A stretch of DNA of 64,000 nt from Octopus vulgaris (taxonomy: Eukaryota). Position numbers and translations under genes: made by a program. The stretch is from NCBI GenBank assembly GCA_951406725.2, contig OX597821.1, positions 110,608,001-110,672,000 of the forward strand, read 5' to 3'. This document shows positions 12,540 through 26,460 of the stretch, in pieces. Within the stretch, counting starts at the first letter, position 1; the number at the start of each line of letters is the position of its first letter. Under the pieces are notes generated by a model that worked only from the letters and a program-made list of their open reading frames with translations, had not been told where the DNA came from and did no database searches.

Positions 12540-13719
12540 ATAAATGTATAGAACAATCGTAACAAGATAGGTAGATAAATATAACCGGGTCTTTAATAGT
12601 ATAACATTATTTTTTAAGTAGATATCTGCGATTTCTCACACTATACTTATCTTTTTCTTTGTAACTACACCTGATTTTAAACATTGGGAAATTAAAATAG
12701 TATTCGTACATTGCTTAATTGAAAGTTTATCTAATTCTTAATTTTAATTTTTAGTTTATTTAATTCTTAAATCTTAATTTTTAATTTTTAATTTTTAATT
12801 TTTAATTTTTAATTTTTAATTTTGGAACTTAATCTAGTTTAGGTAACACTACTTTAATAAATTAAGTTACTAAAGCTTAACAATTCTATTACAGAATTAA
12901 TTAAGCGAAGAAACTCCCTTGAAAGTAGTATGATAAACTTCAATAAAATAGACAATTCCATCACACCTTGTTAATTAAATTCTAGGTTTTGACCGGTAGT
13001 CCGTTAATGTTATTGATAGTAACGGCTACAATTTTTAAGACAGTAACATGAATAAATAAATAAATAAATAATTTAAATGACCTCTGGTTAAGGGTTGCAC
13101 TTAGATCCTTTCTCTTATTGTATTTCCTTTTAGCGATAGCTATTGACCCCTCTACCCCTGACCTTGTTTATCTCTTTAAAATCTCTTTAGATTCATATCT
13201 GCTTTCATCCGTGTCAGGTTGATAGTAAATAGCTGTGTACTGGTCAAAAAAACAATTTTCTTTTCCTCATAGTTCCTGAATTCTTAAAGATTCTTAAAGA
13301 TTCAAGCTAACTAAGCTATCTACAAATTCTTCTGTATTTGGTCACTTAAAAAACCCCCTCCCGCTAAGTTGTCACAGTATACTCTATATAGGCGCCTTTT
13401 CTTTTCTCCCCATTCCACTTTTTCTTTTTTTCTTTTTTCTTTTTCTTCTTTTTCTTTTTTCTTTTTCTTTTTCTTTCTCTTTCTTTTCCTTATTTCTTCT
13501 TCTTCTCCTTTTTCTTTTTCTTTTTTCCTTGTCTCTTTCCTTTTTCTTTTATCTTATTTTATTTTCTCTGCCCCACAAATAAATTCCTTCAGCCTTTAGA
13601 ATTCTCAACATAGCAGTTTTGCACGGAGAGCAATAACATGGCAAATTACCTTATCATATAGCATGAAATGATTGTGGATTAATAATGGTTAAATACATCG
13701 TCTGTGAGTTTGAAATCCC

Positions 13720-13923
13720 TCATCTTACCACTGGAAATGTAAATCTTCACTATGGATTAATTCACCTTTTCTGTGAAGCTAATAAGTCTTTAAAAACCTG
13801 TGATAAGTCTGTGCATCATCCACTTCATATCTCTGGAAATTTAAATCTACACTATGGATTGATTCATCTCCTCTTCGAAACTAATAAGTTTTTTAAAAAT
13901 CTGTGATAAGACTGTGCATCATC
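13720..13923. repeat. ~100-bp tandem dimer within the PLE 3' region
   Basis: CTGGAAATGTAAATCTTCACTATGGATT...CTGTGATAAGTCTGTGCATCATC occurs twice with substitutions. Confidence 0.8.
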
Positions 13924-14036
13924 ATTAAGGAACTTTGGAAAACTGTTTACAACGTATATCTGCCTCTAATGGAACTATCTCCAATATCTCATGAGTATAA
14001 CCTCACCCACTAAGATGTCTAGAGAACTCAAATGTA

Positions 14037-14127
14037 TTTTAGCTGATGAGTACGGGACACTTTTATCTGCTGCAATTTTTGCAACTTGTAATAAAGCCTG
14101 TCTTTGTATGAAACAATTGTACTAAAA
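14037..14127 (+). ncRNA. Type I hammerhead ribozyme with extended stem II
   Basis: Stem I TTTTAG/CTAAAA, CTGATGA at 14043-14049, stem II GTACGGGACA...TGTCTTTGTAT (60 nt), GAAA at 14110-14113, palindromic ACAATTGT, GUA site (cleavage after 14121). Confidence 0.85.
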
Positions 14128-14157
14128 ACCAATCCATTCTTGTTGCTTCTTTCTCGC

Positions 14158-14251
<94 letters not shown>

Positions 14252-14460
14252 AGGCGGCTAGCTGGCAGAATCGTTAATATGCCGGAAAACATGTTTAGTG
14301 GCGTCTCTTTACATTCTGGTTTCAAATTCCGCCGAGGTCGACTATATCTTTCATCCATTCGGGATAGAGAGAATAAGTAGGAATCAAGTACCGGGACTGA
14401 CTTAATCGATGCACCCACTCACTTAAAATTACTGGTCTGATGCCAAAATTTGAGACCATT
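14252..14460 (+). mobile_element. SINE family A, diverged
   Basis: GGCGGCTAGCTGGCAGAATCG head and TTTCATCCATTCGGG core. Confidence 0.75.
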
Positions 14461-14808
14461 GTCTATACGAGGGTTGTATGATCAAAATCGCCAGAACAAC
14501 ATACAGGCATTCAAAATACCTTTTGGTATTGATATTCTTTGGCGTTCTTTGTGCTCTGAGTTCTCTCGTCGACATCGATTTTATTTCTCTATCTCAACTA
14601 GATCGATAAAATGAATATTAATCAGGTTGTGGAATAGTTCTAATCGATGGTTTAAAATACCCCTAAGACAAACATCGATATGATTTAGATGCTGTAAAAA
14701 GTTATTTCTAGTTTTCTGCTTATGTAATTTTCTGGTTAAGTCCCACCGGCTTCAACATACGAAAGTTTCCGATTTCGATGTATAATGGTCCCCTGCAAGC
14801 TTAATCAT

Positions 14809-14845
<37 letters not shown>

Positions 14846-15039
14846 CACAAACACACACAAATACATACTTACACATACATACATAAATATATATATATAT
14901 GTGTGTGTGTGTGTGTACATATATATGAAAGAAAAAAGGTGCTATACCTTGAAAATCCGCCAGCCCAATGGTTTTCCTTCGTGGCAGAATTAATAGTGAA
15001 GACTATTTTAGCATTTTATCTGATCAAATTCATCCTATG

Positions 15040-15433
15040 GTAGCGGAACTGTTTCGGTAGGGAAACGCAATCTTTCAGGATGGTAATGCACCAATTCACA
15101 CACCTAAAGTTGTTACTGAATGGCACGAGAAGCATTCTAGTGAAGTTGAACACCTTATCTGGTCACCACAGTCCTCAGATCTCAATATTATTGAACATTT
15201 ATTGCGCGTTTTAGAAAAACAAGTAAGGAGTCGATATCCTCCACCATCATCACTACAAGAACTGGAGACTGTTTTAGGTGAAGAATGGACAAACATTCCT
15301 TTAGAAACAATTCAAACTTTGGACGAGTCCATAATTCGTAGAATTCAAGCTGTAATTACTGTCAAAGGCGGTCCTACTCCATATTAAAATAAATTTGAAA
15401 TTTTAAGGTGTTTCCATTATTTTGTCCAACCCT
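15040..15433 (+). mobile_element. Tc1-family transposase C-terminal fragment plus partial right TIR
   Basis: From 15073: FQDGNAPIH...W..QSSDLNIIEHL...LQEL...EEW..IP...RRIQAVI..KGGPTPY* (DD34E-like), then GTTTCCATTATTTTGTCCAACCC. Confidence 0.88.
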
Positions 15434-15469
15434 TACCACGACGTCTATACATTTTAAACCTTGAACTTT

Positions 15470-18400
15470 CAACCTTGAACTTGTTCATATAAACTGTCCC
15501 GTTCGTTTTATTTTCTCATACATTATCTTTATTTTTCTACATTCATTTCATACTTTCCACAATTTCCTGCATTTTTTGTCCTCCTTTCTGTCGTTTCTTC
15601 CTTCTCTGGATGTCCATATTCTGTTTTCTCTGCTTGCACCCTATTTTTTGCCTCCTTCTTTCTTTCCTTTTTCCATTTGTCTCATCTTCGTTGCCTTTAT
15701 TTTCTGCCCCTACCGCTTTTTTTATATAGTTTTTTCGAACGATTGTTTTTTTGTTTTTTGTTTTTCGAATGTTTGTTTTTTTCCCCTTTTTTCTCTCTCT
15801 CTTTTTTTTCGCTATTCCACCATGCCGGATTATAAATCCTACCTCCTCACTATCGACCACCGTTTGAAAGATTGCCTCCGCCTACTCCCTCCAAACTGCT
15901 TTCAGCCGTCCATTAATCTTTCTCTGCTCCTTTTTAAAAAAAACCCGCTTCTCTAGCTACGTCTCTTTTCTAAGCCGCTGCCTACATCACCGACTCATCC
16001 CTAAAGGTTTCTGCCTCCATTTCCACCCTGCTCTCCACTCGGCTTCTTCCATCTTACCCATACTCCGCACCACATCTTACCGCCTTATGCGTGTCACCAT
16101 TCGCTCCAATCTCTCTAAACTACATACCATCGACTGCCTTCTCCCTCCTGCTTTTTCCATCTTTCTCTCCTCTCTGCCGCCTTTCCATGCTCAAAACACG
16201 CTACTCTTCATTATCCATTCAAATCACCTCTTCCATCAATTTCTTTCTAATACCAAACTTCGTAAACTCCAATCACTCCTCTATTCCACCACACCCGACG
16301 CCACTACCCCAACTCCTCCACTACCCTTCTCCCCTCCTGATAGGCTCCACCCACCCACACCTAACCCCACTGTCCCTCCTAACAACCCCACACACACCTC
16401 CCCAATCCCTCCCCCTCAGACCTCCACCAGCCCTACCACCCCTCCTACTCCCATTCCATCCACCCCTCGTACTTCTATTCCACCCACCCCTTCTCCACTT
16501 CCGTCTGTTGTTACCATTCTCCCTGATCTTCCCCTCTCTGCGGCGGAACGCACCGTCCTCAGTAGGGGTCTGCGTTTCATCCCCTTCACTCCATCCTGTA
16601 AGGAATTCCAGCTTTGTGCGCCGCGTCAGATTGGGTGCGTTTTTCCGCGACTCACCACCCGCATCCGACCATCCCTGTGGACGCCTGCCCCCGGCCAGTT
16701 CCTAGCAGTGGATCTTTTCGCGGGCACCTGTCAGCGCGCGTTGGAGCGGTTCAACTTCTCCAGGCGCCACTGCCGCCTCGACATCTCGGCTCTTCGTTCC
16801 CTCCAACGGCTCGCTGACATTATCATCAAATCGGCTGACAAGGGTGGAGCTGTGGTGGTGTGGCGCGCGGACCTCTACAGGGCCGAGGCGCTCCGCCAAC
16901 TCAATGACACCTCCTTCTACTCCCCTCTGTCCTCTAACCCCACGCGTAGCTACCAACAGACGGTATCCTCTACTGTCCACGACCTCATCTCGTCTTCCCG
17001 TCTCCCCCAAACCGCATCCAACCTCATTGTGCGAACCCCACGCACCCCCACCATTTACTTCCTCCCCAAAATCCACAAAACCAACAACCCTGGCCGCCCC
17101 ATCGTCTCCGCCTGTAACTTCCCCACGGAGCTCATCTCAAAATGCCTCGACCGTGTCCTTGCCCCCCCCTAGTGGCAACTCTTCCCTCCAACATCCACGA
17201 CACCAACCATGCTCTCCGGCTTTTCAACTCTTGCTCCTTTCCTCCCGGCTCCTCCAAAATACATTTTACAATGGACATCCAGAGCCTCTATACCGTCATC
17301 CCTCACCACGAAGGACTGCGGGCACTTCAACACTTTCTCGACCTCCGTCCCAACCCCGAACCCGACACCTCCACACTCATTCGTCTGGCCGAACTTGTCC
17401 TTTCTCTTAACTGCTTCTCGTTCGCGGGCAAGTTCTACCAACAGTTCTCGGGAGTGGCCATGGGAACGCGAATGGGCCCCAACTATGCGAACCTGTTCGT
17501 TGGCTATGTTGAGGCCCAAATATTCTCTAGTTTCACTGGTCCCACTCCCGAACTATACGGTCGTTACATTGACGACATTATCGGTGCCACCTCACTCTCC
17601 CGTGAACATCTAGATTCCTTCCTCTCTTTCGTTCAATCCTTCCATCCTGCCCTCCACTTCACCTCCACTATCTCTAACACCTCTGTCTCCTTCCTCGACA
17701 TTTCGGTCAGCATTCATCACTCCACTCTTACAACCTCCATTCACTACAAACACACAGACTCACACTCATACCTAAACTTCTCTTCCTCCCACCCCAAACA
17801 CACCAAGCTTTCCATCCCATATTCCCAATTCCTCCGTCTACGTAGGCTCTGTAGTGACGACTATGACTTTGAGACTCAGTCCCAACTCATGGCTCGCCAC
17901 TTCATCCTACGTGGATACCCCCTCACCAATATCCACACCACCCTTGCCAGAGCACGTTCCGTAGACCGTGCATCTGCTCTATCCCCACGAACCCTCCCTG
18001 TAGTCTCTCGCCTCCATTTTCCCCTCACTTACCACCCCACGGCCCTACCTCTCCAACGCACCATTCTTTGAGCTTTCCGGCATCTCCAGTCCGATCCGTC
18101 CACTTTACACCTCTTCCCTAACCGATTCGCGGAACACCTCCGTGACATCCGCCTTGCCAACGACACACCGGTCTCACGCCATTTCCGCTCCACCGGTCAC
18201 TCCTTGCAACACACCTGTCTGTGTTCGGATTGTCCTTGCACAGAGGCCATCCGGATTCCCGTTTGCGCCGTGAACAGAAATTAATCTTCTCTCTTCGCTC
18301 TTTTACGCCATTTGGTCTCAACTCTCTCCCTTCTCATCTAACCTCCCCCCTATCATCTAACCTCCCCCCGACTCCCACTTCTCTTCAGTCCTTCATCTTC

Positions 18401-19346
18401 TCACCCTACACTCTTTCCCTCCTCTTCTTTCCTCTTTCTTCTTCCCTCTTCCCTCTTCCCCTCCTCTCTTTCTCTCTGCTCCCTCACTCCCCTTCTCTCC
18501 CCATCCCCTCCCCCTCCTCATATCCCCTCCTTTCCCCTCCCCCTCCTGTTCTTCTCTCCTTCCTTCTCCCCCTCTCTCCCTTCTCCCCCATCCCCTTCCC
18601 TCTCCTCTCCTTCCTTCTTCCCCCCTCACCCCCTCATCTCATCTCATCCCTCCCCTCATCTCTCCTCCCGCCTCCCCCTCATCTCCTCTCCTTTCCCCTC
18701 CCCCTCATCTCTCTTCCCTCCTCCACTCCTCTCTCTTCCCTCCCCCTCATCTCTCCTCCGGCCACCCCTCATCTCCTCTCTCTCCTCCCCCTCATCTCTC
18801 TTCCCTCCTCCACTCCTCTCTTTTCCCTCCTCCTTTCACTCTCCCCATAACCCCCACTCTACCCCAACCCCCAGCCGAATCCACACCCCACATGGGCTTT
18901 CCCTACCTCTCCACCCCCCACAACATCACACCACACTACACTACACTACACCATACGACACTACACTACACCATACGACATTACACATCACATCATACAT
19001 ACACACGTCCAGACCTTTCATACGCACATACATACTCTCTCATACACACACGTACCCTTATGTTGGGGCGAGGTCACTTGACCCTGTTATCTCCCCTACT
19101 ATCCTTCTTGCGTCTAATGTTTGATCTCTGACTTCTGGCCGAAATCAGACCGACATGTTGAATCGTTAGCTCCTGCACGCATTTTTTTCTCTCCGTGTTT
19201 CTTTTCTGTGTATCTTTCTGTTGAAGAGCGTAGGCTCGAAACGTAAAAGACTTGTTTTATTTCTATTCCTGAGCACCATACTAATACAATTGTTTGTTTG
19301 TACTCCACCTGCCTTCGTCTTTTGTTTATTTTCGTAAAGCTTCCCG

Positions 19347-19348
<2 letters not shown>
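15470..19348 (+). mobile_element. Near-full-length Penelope-like element (Neptune-like), frameshifted, endonuclease largely deleted
   Basis: N-terminal FLSRCLHHRLIPKGF. RT motifs IIKSADKGGAVVVW, LPKIHK..PGRPIVS, TMDIQSLYT, GVAMGTRMGP, RYIDDI, FLD, YKHTDSHSYL. EN remnant RFAEHLRDI...HF...REQKLIFSL..FGLN. C-rich 3' region and pLTR ending at (TA)n. Confidence 0.92.
19213..19250 (+). ncRNA. Minimal variant hammerhead motif in PLE pLTR
   Basis: TCTTT-CTGTTGA-A-GAGC GTAG GCTC-GAAAC GT A-AAAGA: stems I and II intact, core A6->U plus an extra A. Confidence 0.6.
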
Positions 19349-19395
<47 letters not shown>

Positions 19396-19748
19396 CATCT
19401 ATATATACGTATATATTATGTGTCTGTATATATCTGCGTCTGTGTATGTGTTTATATATGAATAGATGTATAGTGTTTGTCCCTACTTCTGCTTGGGAAC
19501 CGGTGTTGGCTTGTTTACATCCCCATAATTGGCGGTTTGGCAAAAGAGACGGATAGAATAAACAGCTGACGTAAAATTTAAGTAGTGAAGTCGTTTGCTT
19601 GAACAAACCTTTTAGGTGCTGACCCAGAATGGCCGCAGTCCAATGGCTGAAGCGAGCAAAAGAATAAAGGAGAAAAAGTTCAAAGATGTTATTAACCGAA
19701 ACGTTTTCCGTAAATAACAATTTAAGCAAATAGAGAGAGAGGCAAGCA

Positions 19749-19780
<32 letters not shown>

Positions 19781-20370
19781 GGGAGTGAAAGAAAGAGAGA
19801 AAGAGAGAAATTTATTTGATTTTAAATCGATCGATACTTCATTGAAGCAAAATTGAATTAAAAATCCGAATCAAAGGATTTTTTTAAAAGAACCGTGTTG
19901 TACCAATATTATTTCGTGTATCATATTCTTTAATTTTAACAATGCACTCCGGTTCCATAGCTTCCCAGGTAGTTTTCCCCACACCGCCATCAGGATAGTA
20001 ACAGCTGTCTGCAGTTTCCGGCGCACCATCTTTCTAACAATCCTATCTTAATTCTATATCTAGCTTCATCACCGCATATATCTTTGGGCGGATATTGAAT
20101 GAATGCGGTTAAGTGATTGATGCTGTATTTTGATGATATTATTTCAGAATGGAATTGTATTGATCCTGGGTTTACAAGGAATTGTTATTCATTCATTCGT
20201 AGTAATTATGTGTGTTTATATATGGTATAAACACACACACGCGCGTACGCGCATATAATCTGAAAACGATTTCATTTATCTATAATCTTTCTCTACATAT
20301 ATATGCATATATATATATATGTCAATTTACATTCATGTGTTGGTGTACGTGCAGCGCTACGTACAATTTG

Positions 20371-20415
<45 letters not shown>

Positions 20416-20508
20416 TATATACACATATATATATATATATATACTCATATATATATATATATATATATATACATACGCACACACACAAATATATATATAT
20501 ATATACAT

Positions 20509-20587
<79 letters not shown>

Positions 20588-21079
20588 AATCTTCATATGT
20601 TACATGACTAGATGTTTTCTGTTTGCTTACAAACTCCGTATTTCCATCAGTCGTGTTTGTAGAAGTGAACTTTCATTATTATCTCTATATGCAAGGTTGA
20701 TGAGCACTTGAAGCTTCGCAGCTATGTTCACAAAAGCCGTTTACAATGTCGGATGTTATATTTATGTCGCAATGGATATTACTTTTCGCTACGTTAGGTT
20801 ATCTTTCTTATCTTCGATGTACGAATCGAAATAACGGAACCGTTCAACAGATTTTCATGGCACTCAATCAAACGTTTGGAGCCTTATATTCGGTTACATT
20901 TGATATGGAGAATCTAGGTTTTATTTGCGTTGATCTTCAAAATCCAGTAATGTTCACCTTACCATGATAGGTCATCGGAATGCTATTTGTTATTAGTCGT
21001 ACATATCAAAGGTAACAATTTCTTTAACAAAGGTAGAATGACTTTGAGTATTTCTAATATAGGTTTCGAGAGGTGACAC

Positions 21080-23915
21080 AAAACCAGCAATATCGAGGTA
21101 GGGGTAAGTTGACTACATCCATCTCAGCGTTTAACTGGTACTTATTTTATCGATCCCGAAAGGATGAAGGGCAAAGTCGACCTCGGCGACTATTGAACTC
21201 AATATGTAAAGACGAATGAAATGCCGCAAACTGTTTTCTCTTTTTGCCTGGCGTGCTAACTATTCTTATTTCTTTATTGCCCACAAGGGGCTCAACATAG
21301 AGAGAACAAACAAGGACATTAAGTTGATTACATCGACCCCAGTGCGTAACTGGTACTTAATCTATCGACCCCGAAAGGATGAAAGGCAAAGTCGAGCTCG
21401 GCGGAATTTGAACTCAGAACGCAAAGACAGATAAAATGCCGCTAAGCATTTCGCCCGTCATGCTAACGATTCTTCCAGCTCCCCGCCCTCAAGAATTTCT
21501 AATATTAATGAATTAAGGCAGCGAGTTGGCAGAAACGTTAGCAAGCCGAGCGAAATGCTTAGCGGTGTTTCGTCTGCCGTTACGTTCTGAGTTCAAATTC
21601 CGCCGAGGTCAACTTTGCCTTTCATCCTTTCGGGGTCGATAAATTAAGTACCAGTTACGCACTGGGGTCGATGTAATAGACTTAATCCCTTTATCTGTCC
21701 TTGTTTGCCCCCTTTATGTTTAGCTCCTTGTGGGCAATAAAGGAATAAGAACCGTTAGCACGCTGGACGAAATGCTTCGCAGTATTTCGCCCGTCGCTCC
21801 GTTTCGATAAACTAAGAACCAGTTGCGTACAGAGTCGAGCTAATCATCAGGCCCACCTCTCCACTCCAGATTTAAGGCCTTGTGCCTATAGTAGAAATAA
21901 ATATTACTGAAGCTGGCATTTCATCCGTCTTAATGTTCTGAGTTCAAATTCCCCGAGGCCAACTTTGCCTTTCATCCTTTCGGAGTCGACAAAATTAGCA
22001 GATTGATCACTGGAGTGGATGCAATCGACTTACCACCCACCCACACCCACCTCACACGAAAATACTGGCCTTGTGCCAAAGTTTGAATCCAATATTAACC
22101 CATTAACTGCCAAATTTCCCCATTCGTATTTTTTGGCTTTGCCAGATATCTTAGCAGTTAAAATAATATATAGTATTTAAATTTTCGTCATATGCGAATT
22201 ATTTTGGAAATTTTGATAAATTTTTGTCGAAAAGTCCCACATCGGGATCGCCGAAAAAATGTATATTTATCCTTTTCTATTCAATTACATCAATAAACAT
22301 TTTAGTTTTGTTTTAAACTATAGGATCAAATGTGAATGCGTATGAAATATCAATGAAGGATATAGATGAGAAATGCAAAAAAAGAAAAAAATCTTTTCAA
22401 AACAGCCAATATTTTTCTAGTTCAAAAATTGCGTTTTATGACATAAAATGTCTTCTAGAATTAACCAGAGCTAATAATGACAAACTTTAATTACTAAATA
22501 TTGTTTAACACACCTGTACAAATGCAATGTACAGGAGCAATTTAATTCAAATACAACGCACAACCGACAGTGAGATTGTTTTTAGCAGATCCCCAAATGG
22601 GGTTCATGGCAGGAAATGAGTTAATGAATCGTTTCTTGTTTGACAGAGCTGTTAGTGCAACAAGCCACATAAATTGAGGTAGTTAGTTACGTAGTTATGT
22701 ACTTCAAGTTCAATTCACTCTCACATGACTTCGCTTTTCGTAATTCCAAATTCAAGAAAAGGAATTAAGGCGGCGAGCTGACAGAATCGTTAGCCCGCTG
22801 GAAGAAATGATTAAAAACAAAGTGAGATTAAAGTAATCTTCTGTATCCATTCTCTAAATTTGAAACAGTCTCAGTTGTAATTCAATATTATCTGCACTTA
22901 AGGCGGCGAGCTGGCAGAAACATTAACACGCCGGGTGGTATATCGTCTGTCTTTACGTTCTGAGTTTAAATTCCGCCGAGGTCGACTTAGCCTTTCATCC
23001 TTTCGGGGTCGATTAAATAAGTACCAGTGAGGCACTGGGGTCGATGTAATCGACTTAAACCCTTTGTCTGTCCTTGTTTTTCCCCCTCTATGTTTAGCCC
23101 CTTGTGACCAATAACGAAATAAGAAACGTTAGCACGCTGGGTGAAATGCTTAGCGGTATTTCGTTTGCCGTTACGTTCTGAGTTCAAATTCCGCCGAGGT
23201 TGACTTTACCTTTCATCCTTTCGGGGTCGATAAATTAAGTACAAGTTACGCACTGGGGCCGATATAATTGACTTAATCCCTTTGTCTGTCCTTGTTTAGC
23301 CCCTTGTGGGTAGTAAAGAAATAGGTATTCGTTACGTTCTGAGTTCAAATTCCGCCGAGGTTGATTTTGCCTTTCATCTCTTTGGGGTCGATAAATTAAG
23401 TGCCAGTTGCATACTGGGGTCGATCTAATCGACTGACCCCCTCCCCCCCAAATTTCGGGCCTTGTGCCTAGAGTAGAAAAGAATATTATCTGCACTTGAT
23501 ATTGTGTCTGTCTTTACGTTCTGAGTTCAAATTCCGCCGAGGTCGGCTTTGCCTCTCATCCTTTCGGGTTCGATGAATTAAGTACCAGTTGCGTACTGGC
23601 GTCGATCTAATCGTCTGATCCCACCCCAAAAATTTCGAGCCTTGTGCTTAGAGTAGAAAAGAATATTATTTGCACTTAAGTATTATAATTTGAAACCAAT
23701 ATTATCTGAGGCAAAGGCGACGAGCTGGCAGAATCGGTAACATACCGGAAAAAATGCTTAACGACATTTCGTCCGTACTTACGTTCTCAGTCGACTTTGC
23801 CTTTCATTCTTTCGACGGTCGATAAAATAAGTGCCAGTTGGGCACAGGGGTCGCTGTAATCGACTTAACCTTTATTCCGAAATTGCCGGCCTTGAGCCAA
23901 AATTTGCAACCAATA
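21080..23915. mobile_element. Dense cluster of about 10 SINE family A monomers/multimers in both orientations
   Basis: Repeated GTTCTGAGTTCAAATTCCGCCGAGG and GCCTTTCATCCTTTCGGGGTCGATAAA. Minus copies at about 21080-21490. Plus copies at 21516-22095 and 22900-23915. Confidence 0.88.
22099..22620. mobile_element. piggyBac-like MITE
   Basis: TTAA at 22095-22098 and 22621-22624. Imperfect TIRs CCCATTAACTGCC and GGCAGGAAATGAG. No ORF. Confidence 0.6.
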
Positions 23916-24022
23916 TTATCTGAGGCAGCTTCCTGCTTGCCAACCATAAAAAGTAGTTGTGTGGTTGCTACTTACCACACAGCCACTCCGGCGAGAAATG
24001 GAAGAAAATTTGAAAAACGAAA

Positions 24023-24084
<62 letters not shown>

Positions 24085-24085
24085 T

Positions 24086-24118
<33 letters not shown>

Positions 24119-24642
24119 AGTGAATTTGATCGATTGAATCCTTCAAAAATATGTTCCAGCATGGCCGCAATCCAATATGTGAAACTAGTAAAAGAGGAAA
24201 AAAGTAAATAAGAAAGGTCAAAAAAGAAGAAAAAAAGGACACGAACTCGAAGTCTGACGATTGCGAATCAAACATCTTATCCACATCACCAAGCTTTGTC
24301 CAGACTATTTCCTGTAAATTGATAAATGTCACACCATTTTGTACATTGGTTACGTTGATATTTTCAGGCTTCCGGTAAAGTTTCGATATATCACTCTTAA
24401 ACACACATCTCCGTCACTTTCTGAAGTCATACATGTGGAAACAGACGTATTCCCTCTAAGTGCGGCAGCAATTTTTCTACTATCCACTTGATTATATATA
24501 TCCATGCGCGCGCGTGCGTGCATGTGTACTAACATCTATCCATACATCCATCCATACATACATAAACACACACGCACGCACACACATTCGTCTTCTAAGA
24601 GTTATACGTTCTTGTCCATGTTGTATTTTTCTACATACCTTA

Positions 24643-24675
<33 letters not shown>

Positions 24676-24686
24676 TAAATATATGT

Positions 24687-24727
<41 letters not shown>

Positions 24728-24754
24728 CATATAAATATATCTATACATATATCT

Positions 24755-24793
<39 letters not shown>

Positions 24794-24861
24794 TATATCT
24801 ATATATGTATATATATATATATATATGCATATATCTATACATATATATATATACATATATC

Positions 24862-24897
<36 letters not shown>

Positions 24898-25003
24898 TAT
24901 GTATATATACATATATAAATACATCTATACATATATATGTATATACATATATCTATACATATATATGTATATATACATATATCTATACATATATCTATAC
25001 ATA

Positions 25004-25044
<41 letters not shown>

Positions 25045-25310
25045 GCATACTTATACATACACGCACGCACGCACACACAGATATACATGGATAGATAGAT
25101 AGATAGATACATACATATACGAATGTCTATAAAAATAGATACATTGATGAATGGATGGACAGGAAGATATGTAGAAAAATAAATAAGTAAATAAATAAAT
25201 AAATAGACAGATAGCTATAAAGATATATACACAGACAGACGGACAGGCTGAAGAAGAGAGAGAGCGAGCAAGAGAAAGAGAGAGAGAATGACATCTTGAT
25301 CGTCGGTCGA

Positions 25311-25673
<363 letters not shown>

Positions 25674-26109
25674 CATTAGTAATTCCTCTTAGGAGTTTGA
25701 CAGATATAAGATGTGACACCATTTTCTTGTCATACAATTCTCTTTGTACCACGTATAATACTAAACTTTATAAGGTTTGGAATATTCGCAGAGATATTGC
25801 CATTATCCACGTGAAAACAACCTCTATTGGTGAAGATTGGAACTAAAATTTACCTTCTGTATACGCTTTGCTTTGATCCCTTGTTACCCGTTTGCCATGG
25901 CGTATGGGCGACGGAGATTACAAGAATCCCTGCAACGAGACGCCGGTCTGCATCTGAATTGAAGACCACCAATTTTGAGGAGAGGAGCAGGTCAATCACA
26001 CCCACCTACTGGCATATTATACTATTGTCCCTGAAGGGATGAAAGGTGAAAGGGGATCTCGGCGAGATTTGAACTCACGGCGTAAATAGCTGGAAGAAAT
26101 CGTTTTCTT

Positions 26110-26460
26110 TTTTTTTCTTTCTACTTGTTTCAATCATTTGACTACAGCCAAGCTGAGGCACCGCCTTGAAGGGTTTTAGTCTAATAAATCGATCCCATGA
26201 CTTATTTTTTAAAGCCTGGTACATATCATATTGGTGCCTTTTGCCGAACGCTAAGTTATAGGGACGTAAACACACCCACACCAGTTATCAAGCAATGACC
26301 GGTGACAAACACAGACATAGATATACATATAAAACGACAGGCTTCTTTCAGTTTCCGTCTACCGAATCCACTCACAAGAATTTCGTCGGCCCGAAGTGCC
26401 GAACCCAGAACAATGTGGTTGGGAATCAAGATCCTCACCACACAGCCACGCCACCGCCTA
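26110..26460 (-). mobile_element. SINE family B, internally deleted
   Basis: Reverse complement of GGCGTGGCTGTGTGG...GTAGACGGAAACTGAAAGAAGCC...AAGGCGGTGCC.CAGC.TGGCTGTAGTCAAATGA.TGAAACAAGTA. Confidence 0.8.

Larger units (their letters stand above)
11312..14158 (+). mobile_element. RT-less Naiad-like PLE with inverted 5' pLTR segment
   Basis: 11431-11524 is an inverted copy of 14063-14157. GIY-YIG ORF, ~1.5 kb 3' region and HHR at 14037-14127. (TA)n on both sides. Confidence 0.85.

Noticed and set aside
18221-18850. 209-aa Pro/Ser/Leu-rich ORF
   Set aside because: Only the first ~35 aa are PLE endonuclease remnant. The rest is CT-rich low-complexity 3' region.
21080-23915. CRISPR-like repeated units
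   Set aside because: Units are SINE monomers of irregular spacing and orientation, with no cas genes, in a eukaryotic context.
23916-24535. Possible host exon (ORFs 23916-24404 and 24350-24535)
   Set aside because: No recognisable domain or consistent splice sites, and the ORFs run into repeats.
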